A stretch of 64,000 nt of DNA from a virus. Lineage: Duplodnaviria > Caudoviricetes. Both the position numbers and the translations under genes were made by a program. Of the stretch, positions 1 through 9,666 are shown one piece after another (position 1 is the stretch's first letter; the number at the start of each line of letters is the position of its first letter). The notes beneath the pieces were generated by a model that was not told where the DNA came from, searched no databases, and was given only the letters and a program-made list of their open reading frames with translations. The stretch spans positions 15,023 through 79,022 of the IMG/VR virus record IMGVR_UViG_2654587921_000002; one strand, given 5' to 3'.

Positions 1-474
1 TCCGTCTGTGCCGCCATCCGGCAGTTCGTTGGACAGCCCCACCAGTACTTGCAGCGGAATTTGCCGTGGAGTACTGCCATCATCAAAATATACCCGCTCA
101 TTCATTATCGGCAATAAGGTGTTCAAAACAGCGGAATTGCACTTGAATACTTCATCAATGACAGCAATATCGGCTTCCGGTAACTTTCTGGCTGTAACCC
201 GTTTATATTGGTCATTTTCCAAAGCCTTCAAGGATAATGGCCCAAACAGTTCCTCCGGCGTACTGACTTTGGTTAGCAGCCGACTGAAGAAGACTCCGCC
301 GAGCTGTTGAGCCAGACATTCTGCAATGGCAGTCTTGGCACCGCCGGGTGCACCCAGGATTAATATATTCCCCCTGGCAATAGCCGCCACCAGTAGGCCG
401 CGAATGACTTCTGCCCGCTCCAGAAAGCAGCTATTTAGCTCTTGCTCCAACGCGGCGAATGTTTTGTTTATCAT
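1..474 (-). CDS. RavA/MoxR-like AAA+ ATPase, 5' part (runs off the window)
   Basis: Manual translation from ATG 474 with GGAGG RBS at 483-487: MINKTFAALEQELNSCFLERAEVIRG...ILGAPGGAKT (Walker A)...TPEELFGPLSLKAL...IAVIDEVFK (Walker B)...ILNTLLPIMNER, a RavA-type signature. Absent from the ORF track. Confidence 0.85.
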   Translation of the reverse strand, partial: MINKTFAALEQELNSCFLERAEVIRGLLVAAIARGNILILGAPGGAKTAIAECLAQQLGGVFFSRLLTKVSTPEELFGPLSLKALENDQYKRVTARKLPEADIAVIDEVFKCNSAVLNTLLPIMNERVYFDDGSTPRQIPLQVLVGLSNELPDGGTDG

Positions 475-532
475 ACATACATCCTCCAAACATTATTGAA
501 ATTATATCCCCGGCATCCCCGGTGCCAGGCAT

Positions 533-1618
533 TCAACAGGCTTCTTTGGCCTTAATCAGACGAAAAGTATTGGAAACCTTTTTCTTACCGAACGCAGCTA
601 ATTTAGTCTCGTCTACGCCCATTTTCTTAAGGTTCGCTGCCGTCAGCGTCAAATACTGAAACACGTCCACCCCGGCGTCGTGAAGCTCAGTGCATAGTTC
701 ATACAGCTTATCGGCCTCCATATGCCAGCTTACACTGGGAACAAAGGAGAAGGCGGCATCACCGACAGGAATGTCGCCGTTTTCCTTGGCCCATACTTTT
801 AACCTATCTTTCATATCATCCAATGCCGCTTCCAAGCGAATCACTTCTGCGGCAACACGCTCGGCATCGGCACGGTCAGTCACAGGCACCGGGTCAAAGC
901 TTACACTTTTTATGCATAAGCCGGCATGACGGCAATACTGGCAGTGCTTGCCCGGCGCAGCAGGAAACAGGCTGTCACTCATCCCGTCAATCCCGCCGGA
1001 CATATTCCATTCGGCTACTTTATCTTCAATATCTTCCGCAAGACGGAATGCCCAAATTCGCGCTTTTTCCATTTCTTCCAGTGTATAGGTATGGGCTTGA
1101 CGGCTCTGTGCGTCAGGGTAACGCAGAAATACCAGTTCCGCATGAATTTCCTGAACTCCCGTTACTTGTGATAAGTACCAGGCGTATAAGCCCAACTGGT
1201 GATTATCCACAGGTAAATATTTTTGCCTATTCGTTTTCCAGTCGATAAGCTGAATTGTGCCGTCCGGTAATGTCTGATACCAGTCGATGTACCCCTGAAA
1301 GTAAAGCAACCCGGTGCTATCCAGGGGAATTACAAAGTGTTGCTCTGCCTGACCGCCAGTAACGCCCATTACCATGCTATGCTGCGTCAAATAAGTAACC
1401 TCGTCTGCATTTACCGGGATTTGGGCTTCTTGCACGATGGCAGCATTGACCGCCGCTTGTATATCCATCCCGTTTAAATACATTTGTATGGCCGCATGTA
1501 CCGTTTTGCCTAATACTAACGTTTCTGTCGGCGATTCCGTCATTTCATATAGGTACTTATATTGGAAAGAAGCAGGACATTCTTCATAGCGCTTTAGACG
1601 TGAATAGCTATATATCAT
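533..1618 (-). CDS. PD-(D/E)XK nuclease (RecB/Cas4-like exonuclease)
   Basis: YSYSRLKRYEECP N-terminus, GYID...DWKT, QLGLYA, C-terminal CQYC..C cysteines. Confidence 0.85.
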   Translation of the reverse strand: MIYSYSRLKRYEECPASFQYKYLYEMTESPTETLVLGKTVHAAIQMYLNGMDIQAAVNAAIVQEAQIPVNADEVTYLTQHSMVMGVTGGQAEQHFVIPLDSTGLLYFQGYIDWYQTLPDGTIQLIDWKTNRQKYLPVDNHQLGLYAWYLSQVTGVQEIHAELVFLRYPDAQSRQAHTYTLEEMEKARIWAFRLAEDIEDKVAEWNMSGGIDGMSDSLFPAAPGKHCQYCRHAGLCIKSVSFDPVPVTDRADAERVAAEVIRLEAALDDMKDRLKVWAKENGDIPVGDAAFSFVPSVSWHMEADKLYELCTELHDAGVDVFQYLTLTAANLKKMGVDETKLAAFGKKKVSNTFRLIKAKEAC

Positions 1619-2634
1619 GCCGCCTCGCCACCTTTTACAATGCTGTAGGCTTCGATGATATTCGTTCCGTTCTTTTGCACAATGCTAGCCGTTATGAATG
1701 TTCCAACTGGAACCTCCAAGATGTCTGCACAGGCTGACCAAGCCAATATGTGGGTATCCTTTTGAAGCAGTACCAGCTTAACAAAGGTTTGCTTGCCTTT
1801 AATTTTGGCCTCAGCACTGACGATTTGGTATGCATTTAAAAGCTCTATAGTATTTGAAGTGAATATGTCTGGAACTTCTTCCGCTTCTGGTGGCGGTAAT
1901 GGCGTTACTTCAGCTTTAGATATGCTGTTATTATCGCAGTTAAGCCATGAGAGTAGCTTATTTCCTGTAGAAATATCTGGCTTGAAATATTGACCGTCAA
2001 AAATGCCTGTACGGTCTTTAGATGGAGTGGCTATATGTTCGATGCTTAGGTCAAACACAGTAGTGAATTCATATTCAATGCCTTCACGCTGAATAGCGGA
2101 CGTCCCCAACTTCTTAATTGTAGTTTTGCCATTCTCCACAACCTGGGCGTATTCTACTTTTGACCGCAGTGTAGCGATTATATGGCAAGAAGATTTAAGC
2201 ATGGTTTCTACCAGAGCATTGTGTTTGGGCGTGTACTCGCGCCAAGCAGCCCAGCTATTACCCTTAAACTTACTGTCCGTTGCTTTCCCCTGCTGGTCAA
2301 GTATGCCGCCTTCGCCGGACCAGCAATGCGAAAGGCTGTCAACGATAATGACTTCAAAGCCCTTTTGTTCTGCCAGCTTTATGGCGGCAATGTATTTGTC
2401 CGGGTCATATGGCGGCGTTAAGGTCAATACGGAATAGTCTCCCAATTGGGCGTACAGTTCGGCAGAACCATTCTCGCTATCAATGACCGCTATGCTGGAC
2501 CAGGGAGCCATGCCGTTGGCGACCAGTAAAGCACTGTAGGTCTTTCCTGCTCCGCTCGGCCCGGTAATACCCAGACGTAATTTAGCCCGTTTACGTTCCG
2601 CAGTTTTGAATTCCACGATTATCAGTCCCTTCAC
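1615..2634 (-). CDS. AAA_24/Sak4-like P-loop ATPase
   Basis: GPSGAGKT Walker A, IIVDSLSHCW, IQREGIEYEFT typical of phage AAA_24/ERF-associated ATPases. Confidence 0.85.
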   Translation of the reverse strand: MKGLIIVEFKTAERKRAKLRLGITGPSGAGKTYSALLVANGMAPWSSIAVIDSENGSAELYAQLGDYSVLTLTPPYDPDKYIAAIKLAEQKGFEVIIVDSLSHCWSGEGGILDQQGKATDSKFKGNSWAAWREYTPKHNALVETMLKSSCHIIATLRSKVEYAQVVENGKTTIKKLGTSAIQREGIEYEFTTVFDLSIEHIATPSKDRTGIFDGQYFKPDISTGNKLLSWLNCDNNSISKAEVTPLPPPEAEEVPDIFTSNTIELLNAYQIVSAEAKIKGKQTFVKLVLLQKDTHILAWSACADILEVPVGTFITASIVQKNGTNIIEAYSIVKGGEAA

Positions 2635-2635
2635 T

Positions 2636-2701
2636 TTATTTGTTACGCTGGATAAGAAAGTCGATAAATTCGGCCAGTAGATGTAGTAAAGCTTTTCTCA
2701 T
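2636..2701 (-). CDS. 21-aa peptide MRKALLHLLAEFIDFLIQRNK
   Basis: AAGGAGG RBS upstream; stop codon directly before the AAA_24 start. Confidence 0.4.
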   Translation of the reverse strand: MRKALLHLLAEFIDFLIQRNK

Positions 2702-2839
2702 AGGCAACGCCTCCTTTTCAATAGTTGCAGAAAATGAAAAAGACCCAGCTATTTCCAGCTAGGTCCTAGTTGATTACATATTACTTATACCAAAATATGC
2801 AGTTTCGTTGTTGCTATTCAAAAGGTGTTTTTTTATGGA

Positions 2840-3115
2840 TGATTTCCAAGAAGTTTACCAGTTTTATCAATGTAGCTAAATCCTTCTCCATCTCCATTTG
2901 CAACAACAGCCATCCCTTCTGAAAAATGGCTTGCTGCTACAAATTATCATATTTCCGCTATGGTCAATAAAACCATATTTACCATTGACCTCCACTCCTG
3001 CAAGCCCCTCAGAAAATTCCGTTCCTCATTTATACTGTAACCTAATTACTTCTTTTTCGTTTTTGTCAACGCAGCCTACTTTGTCAGCAATTTAACAAGA
3101 GTTCAACCTTCTGAA
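2840..3115 (-). pseudogene. WG-repeat (KWG) protein remnant
   Basis: Three degenerate repeats SEG*TLVKL, FSEGLAGVEVNGKYGFIDHSG and FSEGMAVVANG..FSYIDKTG, broken by stops and frameshifts. Confidence 0.75.
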
Positions 3116-3227
3116 ACTCATGCATAACACCTGTATATATGCTGCATTATAATAACCACCCTACATGTAAAACCTACCGTAATTCCGACAGGGCGTACAC
3201 TTTGCATATGCTAAGCTTTACAAAAGC

Positions 3228-3965
3228 TTATGCTGGTTTTTTATTTTTTGCAAACCTCAATAATGCTATATAATTTATAAAACCAAATAGACCAAATGCC
3301 ACATACAGAGTAGCTTCACGAAACATATAATCTATTACAAGTATTAGCATCCATCCAATAATTGATGAAATAAAACTAATTAATAAGTTTCTCTTAATGC
3401 CATGTACGCCATTAAACCTAATACCAGAGCCTACTACTAATAGGACACTTTTTGCAACTGGCATAACCATTCCAGCCGTAAATAACCATACAAGATGAAG
3501 AAATGGGTTTTGCGGAAATGAAAAATATAACATATATCCCGGAATAGTTACTGCTAAACCAATTATAGCACCACCTATTCCATACTCCCAATCAACTCGT
3601 CCTGCTTTTTGACGTATAGTTGAAATGGCACGAATAGCAAAACCATACAGAATTCCATACCAAAGTAAAACCGTCGTATTTTGTTCTAACTCGAATCTAA
3701 CATAATTGTTAGGGTACTTTGAAGTAGCGCCAAGCATAAACATAAATATTAATATTCCTAACCCTACTGCCAATTCAGCTAACACAGCCATATTATTATT
3801 TCCAATTGAGTCATTTCCTACGGCTTTCGACATACTTATAGTGCTTGATATTTCTCCTATCGCACTGGTAGTATCTATTCCATCCTGCGCCGTAGCCTTA
3901 CCACATTTCTGGCAAAAACGAGCACTATCTGGTACTTCTTGACCGCAATGAATACAAAATCGCAT
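3228..3965 (-). CDS. Zinc-ribbon-headed multi-pass membrane protein
   Basis: FCIHCG...FCQKCG N-terminus followed by several hydrophobic segments. Confidence 0.8.
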   Translation of the reverse strand: MRFCIHCGQEVPDSARFCQKCGKATAQDGIDTTSAIGEISSTISMSKAVGNDSIGNNNMAVLAELAVGLGILIFMFMLGATSKYPNNYVRFELEQNTTVLLWYGILYGFAIRAISTIRQKAGRVDWEYGIGGAIIGLAVTIPGYMLYFSFPQNPFLHLVWLFTAGMVMPVAKSVLLVVGSGIRFNGVHGIKRNLLISFISSIIGWMLILVIDYMFREATLYVAFGLFGFINYIALLRFAKNKKPA

Positions 3966-3996
3966 AAATTAAGTCCCTCTTTCTTTTTACAAAATA

Positions 3997-5031
3997 TTAA
4001 TGACCATGTTGAATTATTTTTTGTATGTTATCATCCCCCGGGTAGATATCTCCTTTTATTACGTTACTAACTTTAGCTGCATCGGGCAATAAATTAGGAT
4101 TTGTCTGAACCATTTTACCTGAAACGCCCAATTCGATTGGTATATACAGTTGAAAGGTAGTATCAATATCTTTAACATGTGCATAGTACATTCCCTCACC
4201 ACCATACCACAGTTTGCTAACTTTATAATTCTTCCGTATATCTCCTAAAGTACTACCTTTACTCACCTTGTTGGACGCTAGTTTTGGCTGACCACTTTGA
4301 AGTAATTGAATAACAGCCTCTTGCCCTGATGTATTCAGCCCTAGCTTTTGCCAACCGTTCTTTGTCTTTTCTGCGCATTGCAGAGCTGTTAACCCTGCCG
4401 AATCTTTTGCATTTATTTCTATGTCTTTCGCGCTTAAGAGCACCTGAACAGTTTCTATATATCCTGCTGAAGCTGCAAGCATTAATGGGGTACCTCCTTT
4501 TGTGTCTCTTACATTAACATTGGCACCTTTATCTATTAATAATTTTACAATTTGCGCATTATCACCCGCACAAGCTAATTCCAATAAAGTTGCTCCGTCA
4601 TTATCCTTCAAGTTTGGATTGAGCCCAGATTCTATCAATGCTTTTGCACCATTTACATCTTTATTAAATAAACACTCAACAAACTCACTAACAGTAACGT
4701 TTTTTGTACTGTTTACTTCCATAGCCTGCTTGGTACTCTCCTGATAAGAACTTTGCACCGAAACAGGTTCGCTTTTTCCGAAAAAAGCTATCCCTATTCC
4801 GATAATCACAACAATACTCCCAATTATTAAATATACGTTTTTATTTTTTAATAGCTGACTTTTTTCTGCCGTATATTTCAACTCACCTGAAACATCTGCA
4901 ACCGTAGTAGTATTAACTTCATTGTCGTCACTTGCAGTAAATATACCACGGTAAATTTTTTTGCCACAATTTCGACAGTATTGTGCTTCATCTGCAGCCT
5001 GACTCCCGCAATAATTGCAATAGGACACCAA
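3997..5031 (-). CDS. Zinc-ribbon + TM + ankyrin-repeat protein
   Basis: YCNYCG...YCRNCG, one TM helix, ankyrin repeats (GATLLELAC, GGTPLMLAASAG, GLTALQCA). Confidence 0.85.
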   Translation of the reverse strand: MVSYCNYCGSQAADEAQYCRNCGKKIYRGIFTASDDNEVNTTTVADVSGELKYTAEKSQLLKNKNVYLIIGSIVVIIGIGIAFFGKSEPVSVQSSYQESTKQAMEVNSTKNVTVSEFVECLFNKDVNGAKALIESGLNPNLKDNDGATLLELACAGDNAQIVKLLIDKGANVNVRDTKGGTPLMLAASAGYIETVQVLLSAKDIEINAKDSAGLTALQCAEKTKNGWQKLGLNTSGQEAVIQLLQSGQPKLASNKVSKGSTLGDIRKNYKVSKLWYGGEGMYYAHVKDIDTTFQLYIPIELGVSGKMVQTNPNLLPDAAKVSNVIKGDIYPGDDNIQKIIQHGH

Positions 5032-5105
5032 ATCTCATCTCCTTTTAGAAACATATCGCAAACAAGAAACCTTGCCTATCCTCCATACAGATGACAAACA
5101 TAATA

Positions 5106-5150
5106 CTATAAATTAGAACCACAATACGAGCAGAACTGAAACCCTTCCAT
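5106..5150 (-). pseudogene. Zinc-ribbon N-terminal stub MEGFQFCSYCGSNL*
   Basis: GAGGGGGAG RBS and a CxxCG half-ribbon ending in an early stop. Confidence 0.45.
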
Positions 5151-5207
5151 TACAATTACTCCCCCTCTTGAAAAATAGCGTAGACAAGCGCTCTGCCTAC
5201 ACTATTC

Positions 5208-5282
5208 TTATAACAAAATAACACTCTCTTTAAGAAACCTTGCATTCCCTGGAACTTGTTGTCCGCAATTTATACAGAACAT
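5208..5282 (-). pseudogene. Zinc-ribbon N-terminal stub MFCINCGQQVPGNARFLKESVILL*
   Basis: GGAGG RBS; resembles the N-terminus of 3228..3965 (FCIHCGQEVPDSARF), then truncated. Confidence 0.6.
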
Positions 5283-5300
5283 AACCTACCTCCATGATAA

Positions 5301-5837
5301 TTACTCCTGCTTTGACTCCCCTAATAAAATTATCTGCTCACTAATTGTTGCTTGTATATGTAAATGTGCAGGTGGTTCTGACGGTATTTGCGCTTCTACA
5401 TCGGCCTTGGCACTTTTAACACCAGTTTGTAATATTTCTTTTAGCTCCTCCAATTCACTACGCATTTTGTTATTCTGGATTTTTAAATCTTCAAGCACTT
5501 CTTCCCAAATTTTCATGACCATCGTATACTTTTCTGCCTCTTCCGAACTAGTGGCCTGTTTAGCCATTTCAGCTGCTTCTTCTGCCTTTTTCTTTACCTC
5601 TTCCTGTTTGCGCATATTCTCTTCCTGTTGGCGTACATTGCTTGAAGTAAAATAATCCTTTATTTTATTTTCAAAGGCAACAATGGCTACTATTACTACT
5701 TCAACTATATATTCTCTAATTCTTGGCCATATGGATTCAACAAACCAAGGCCAAAATTTTTCTACCGCCCATATTTTAATCATTCCCACTATCTGCTGCC
5801 ATACTTTTTGTTTGAAATTCATTTGCATTTTTCCCAT
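5301..5837 (-). CDS. Hypothetical protein: amphipathic/hydrophobic N-terminus plus coiled coil
   Basis: 178-aa ORF with an E/K-rich heptad region. Confidence 0.6.
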   Translation of the reverse strand: MGKMQMNFKQKVWQQIVGMIKIWAVEKFWPWFVESIWPRIREYIVEVVIVAIVAFENKIKDYFTSSNVRQQEENMRKQEEVKKKAEEAAEMAKQATSSEEAEKYTMVMKIWEEVLEDLKIQNNKMRSELEELKEILQTGVKSAKADVEAQIPSEPPAHLHIQATISEQIILLGESKQE

Positions 5838-5960
5838 CTTTTAAATTAATCTTAAATTCCAGCAATTCTTTTAGTGTCATTTCGTATCTTTTATTCTGGT
5901 AAATTCTACATTTATTGCTTCATTCCTGCTTTCGTGCGACTTTTTGTCACCTATGTTGAA

Positions 5961-5995
5961 CTCTATATATAAACAAATTATGTTTATATATAGAG
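5961..5995. promoter_or_regulatory. Perfect 15-bp inverted repeat overlapping the XRE gene RBS
   Basis: CTCTATATATAAACA-aatta-TGTTTATATATAGAG; the right arm ends in GAG, the start of the GAGGTG RBS. Confidence 0.6.
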
Positions 5996-6003
5996 GTGAA
6001 ATA

Positions 6004-6330
6004 ATGGAACATTTAGGAAGCAGAATAAGATTGGTGCGTGGCGAAAGGACACAAGATGATTTTGCCTCCTCTATTGGAGTTGACCGTACTACTTTATCAG
6101 CCTACGAACGCGGCAGGAGAGAGCCTGATTTGAAAACGCTATTAATTATTGCCCAGTTTGGCCGCGTTAGTCTTGACTGGTTGGCAGGTCGCCATAGCAA
6201 TCCTTCTATCGAGCGCGCCCAAGCCTACAATGACCCCAAATGGTCTGAAGTCCAAGAGCTTGCCTTAAGCCATAATGTAAAACCCGTTAAAATCGAACAA
6301 CTAATCAAAGCCGCTCTAGCCTTGAAATAA
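6004..6330 (+). CDS. XRE-family HTH regulator
   Basis: LGSRIRLVRGERTQDDFASSIGVDRTTLSAYERGRREP; start set at ATG 6004 after GAGGTG. Confidence 0.9.
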   Translation: MEHLGSRIRLVRGERTQDDFASSIGVDRTTLSAYERGRREPDLKTLLIIAQFGRVSLDWLAGRHSNPSIERAQAYNDPKWSEVQELALSHNVKPVKIEQLIKAALALK

Positions 6331-6404
6331 TGGCATAAAAAAGAGACGGCTTTTTTAATTTGCCGCCTCTTCCTTAGTAACCCAGTACTCATATGGCTCG
6401 AATT

Positions 6405-6488
6405 CTATATCTCGTTTTCCTCCAGCAGTTCACGGTTTTCCCGCTCTAGTTTTCTCAGCCACTCATCATCTGGACTGAGCTTACCTTG
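6405..6488 (-). pseudogene. IS3-family orfA C-terminal remnant
   Basis: QGKLSPDDEWLRKLERENRELLEENEI* resembles the IS3 orfA leucine-zipper end; no IRs or orfB seen. Confidence 0.45.
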
Positions 6489-6543
6489 TTATTGAAAGTA
6501 TGTTTATCATAATTGAAAAGCGGGAATTACTATATTGTCCTTT

Positions 6544-9500
6544 TTAATCTAGACTACCAACTTCCTGAAGTAACTTTGGAACACGAACATCCTTCTTGCG
6601 AAGCTCTGCAAGAACATCGGTTTTTTTATTTTTTGGCAACCGTTGCAAAGCCAACACGCAATCACCGATAATATTTTCTAAAGTAGTTTCGTTACTGCCT
6701 CGAACATATCTAGTGTGATAATAAAACATAAGTTTAAATAAGACAAGTTTTAATAAATCTCGATTTTTTACTTCTTCTGCAAACTTAGCAAGTTCTTGCA
6801 GAAAATTAGGCATTTTTAAATCCGCATATAAAAACACATACATAAATTTTGAAAACTCATTTGCTTCGGCATCCATAACCTGCTTAACTGTCTTGGCAAG
6901 TTTCGCAGTACCAATACTTTCAGCAGCAATGTTTTGTACTACTATCGGGGCAGTTATGCTAAGAAGGTCATAAAGGAATTCTATATCTTCATTACGTTCA
7001 TCTCGAACTTCAGTATTAGCCCCCCTACTATGATGATGGTTAATCATTTCTATCATGGTAGCCAGAAACACTCTATAACCTTGTATGCATTTTTTTAATG
7101 AGTTTAGTTTAGTATTTTTGTCAGCTCTTTCATTATTCTTAATAATACGCCCATACAGGTGCAATGTTTTAAAGAAAACTCGCCCTTCAAATGGGGATGT
7201 TTCTGCCTTTATAACCTTGGGTCTTACCGCTTCCCTACCATTATCAGGTACGTCTACCAAAGAATCATGTTCTTCCTCGGAAAGTTTGTTCTCTCTTAAT
7301 TCCTGTTTTAGCCCTTCTGCATCAGCTTCCATCTCTAGTCTAAGACTAAAGCTTTCGAGATTAGCAAGTAGATGTAAATACTTTTCAACAAAAGGTTCTA
7401 ACTTACCTTCTATTCTAGTTAAGATGTCTTTGCGGTTCCTTTGAATTCCCGCAATAAAACATAATTCATTGCTACATTGCAAGTAGTTTTCATCCCGAAG
7501 CATCCATTCAAGAGCCTCATTATCTACAATTGCCCTTTTAGCTAAATAATATTCAAACAAACAGTGATACCGAAAGTAGACCATTCCCTCATTCTCAGTT
7601 AGAATTTGTTTATCAAAGAAAAGCTTGCCGAATTTGCTTTCTACTAAACTCAAATCCATATCATCAAAGTATTGGGTTGCTAACTTTAAAAAATCTTCTT
7701 TAGTTATTTGGGAGTTAGGCGCGCTTACAATTTTCCATGCAATGTAAGCAAGAAAATCTTCTTTAAATGAAAAATCATAAGTACTTCGATATGTATCATT
7801 AGGGGATAACTTTTCTAAAATTATTTCCATGAAGCGCTCCATGACTGATGCTTCGTTGACAGGAATAAAGTCTTCTTGGTAATTACTACAAATAGCAAGA
7901 ATTAGTGATACATTAAAGGGCGTTCTGGGCATACCAACACATCTCAGGTACAGCATTACTCGGTCTAGCAGTTGGTCCAAATCCACGGTTCTACCATCAA
8001 ACCATTTTGAAGCAATTTTTCTAATAGCATGTCGTGAAAAAGTATGCATATATATTTTTTCATATGCACATCCAAAATCATGTAACTCATCAGCCTTTAC
8101 TGTATGAAAAATGTCTTCGTTCATAGTAAAAATAAATCGGTTTGTGGGATATGTTAATGTGAATGCCCGTAAATATTCATGTTGCTTTGGTTGGTAATAA
8201 TCATAATTATCAAATTGTACTACGCATTGACCGGCATTTAGGAGTTGCTTTATCTGCTCTACCGTCAGATACTCTTCAGGCAACGTATGCTTAGAAACGA
8301 ACGATTGCATACTTTTTTCAATTGGTTCAATGCCTTGAAGTCGCTTCTTCAAGTCTATAATAAACGGTATTTTTTTTCTCTCGCCAAATTCGGATAGGTA
8401 TTTCAGTGTAATATAGTTAAGAATGGTGCTTTTACCGAGTTCCTTTTTTCCGAGTAGTACAAGGTTCTCATTGCCCCTTATAAGGTCGTCTATATCTACG
8501 TGCTCTTGTTGGTCTTCTTCCTCCTTCTGATATTCGGATTGCTTACTTAACGGTTGCGAAACAAAAAGTTCTTCAAACTTTTGCGGTGCACTTTTATCAA
8601 TAATATGAGTCAATAAGTCCTTATTTATTTTTTCTGTGAAACCATCCTTCAGCGGTTTAGCTACCTTATATGCGTTTTGCATTGCCGGGTTGCTACAGTT
8701 AAGTTGCCAATTATAATGACCATTAGAGCATATTCTGAGGGCTTCATCAAAGGAGTCTCGCTCATCGTAATATTCGCGAAAATATACATTTACCTCCTTT
8801 ATGAATGGATTAATGGAAAGCAAAGAATAGCCATTAAAATACGAACGCCCTTGAAATATCGAACCACCACTAGAAAAAAGGGTCGATTGTTTAGGGCCGA
8901 TGACCTGCTTGTCCCATGAATTATGTAAATGACCACTTAAGACAATATCAAATTTCCTTAGTGCAACTTCTACTGAATCTTGGTCCTCATCGATTAACCA
9001 GTCTAAAGGGTGATGCATCAGGGCTATCTTAATGTTGCATGAAGAAATACTCGCATATGCACGCTCCACTTGCCTCTGCCCTATAACTAACTTTCGTTTG
9101 TCCTCTGCTCCCTTACCAGCTGCCCGCCATGCTGAATCCAAACATGCAAAACCAATAGAAGTATCGCTTACTTGCTTTATAAATGCAGCACCTAATCCTT
9201 TTGGATGCTTCCAGACAGCCTCACTTTGAAAATCTTGAAGAAATTTGTAAAAAGGAAGTATTCTCGCATTGTGTGTGTCTTTTAATTCACTATCAATAAA
9301 AGTATTTATTGCGTCCTTTGATTTCAGTTTCGTAAGTAAACCGGCCTCTATAACAGCATCAATAGCAGTTGTATCAACATCATGATTACCAGGTACAATT
9401 AAAAAATGTGACGCGTCTAAATCGGTTATCTTTAAAATTGGGGTAATAAAACTATCCATTGCCATTTCCAATTGGTTTTCACCTTGCCAAGCGTGTTGTC

Positions 9501-9666
9501 CCTGGGCAATGAGGTCTCCCGTAAAGCACACAAAATTAACTTTTCCCTTATCTTTAATAAAAGTTGCAATATCGTCTTTTAAGGCATTAACTACTTTTTG
9601 CACATCAAATTCGCGTTTCTTGCATATATGTAGGTCAGACAGATGTAATATGTTTATTTGTTCCGT
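6544..9666 (-). CDS. Calcineurin-like metallophosphoesterase fused to a STAND/NACHT-like NTPase with helical C-terminus (candidate anti-phage protein)
   Basis: ILHLSDLH (upstream of the called GTG 9603), TGD, PGNHD, MHHP, SGHLH; Walker A GKKELGKST; Walker B VVQFDNYD. Low GC. The only plausible start, judged by RBS spacing, is ACG at 9666. Confidence 0.8.
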   Translation of the reverse strand, partial: TEQINILHLSDLHICKKREFDVQKVVNALKDDIATFIKDKGKVNFVCFTGDLIAQGQHAWQGENQLEMAMDSFITPILKITDLDASHFLIVPGNHDVDTTAIDAVIEAGLLTKLKSKDAINTFIDSELKDTHNARILPFYKFLQDFQSEAVWKHPKGLGAAFIKQVSDTSIGFACLDSAWRAAGKGAEDKRKLVIGQRQVERAYASISSCNIKIALMHHPLDWLIDEDQDSVEVALRKFDIVLSGHLHNSWDKQVIGPKQSTLFSSGGSIFQGRSYFNGYSLLSINPFIKEVNVYFREYYDERDSFDEALRICSNGHYNWQLNCSNPAMQNAYKVAKPLKDGFTEKINKDLLTHIIDKSAPQKFEELFVSQPLSKQSEYQKEEEDQQEHVDIDDLIRGNENLVLLGKKELGKSTILNYITLKYLSEFGERKKIPFIIDLKKRLQGIEPIEKSMQSFVSKHTLPEEYLTVEQIKQLLNAGQCVVQFDNYDYYQPKQHEYLRAFTLTYPTNRFIFTMNEDIFHTVKADELHDFGCAYEKIYMHTFSRHAIRKIASKWFDGRTVDLDQLLDRVMLYLRCVGMPRTPFNVSLILAICSNYQEDFIPVNEASVMERFMEIILEKLSPNDTYRSTYDFSFKEDFLAYIAWKIVSAPNSQITKEDFLKLATQYFDDMDLSLVESKFGKLFFDKQILTENEGMVYFRYHCLFEYYLAKRAIVDNEALEWMLRDENYLQCSNELCFIAGIQRNRKDILTRIEGKLEPFVEKYLHLLANLESFSLRLEMEADAEGLKQELRENKLSEEEHDSLVDVPDNGREAVRPKVIKAETSPFEGRVFFKTLHLYGRIIKNNERADKNTKLNSLKKCIQGYRVFLATMIEMINHHHSRGANTEVRDERNEDIEFLYDLLSITAPIVVQNIAAESIGTAKLAKTVKQVMDAEANEFSKFMYVFLYADLKMPNFLQELAKFAEEVKNRDLLKLVLFKLMFYYHTRYVRGSNETTLENIIGDCVLALQRLPKNKKTDVLAELRKKDVRVPKLLQEVGSLD

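Noticed and set aside
533-1618. CRISPR Cas4
   Set aside because: No cas genes or array; linkage to AAA_24 indicates a phage-type exonuclease.
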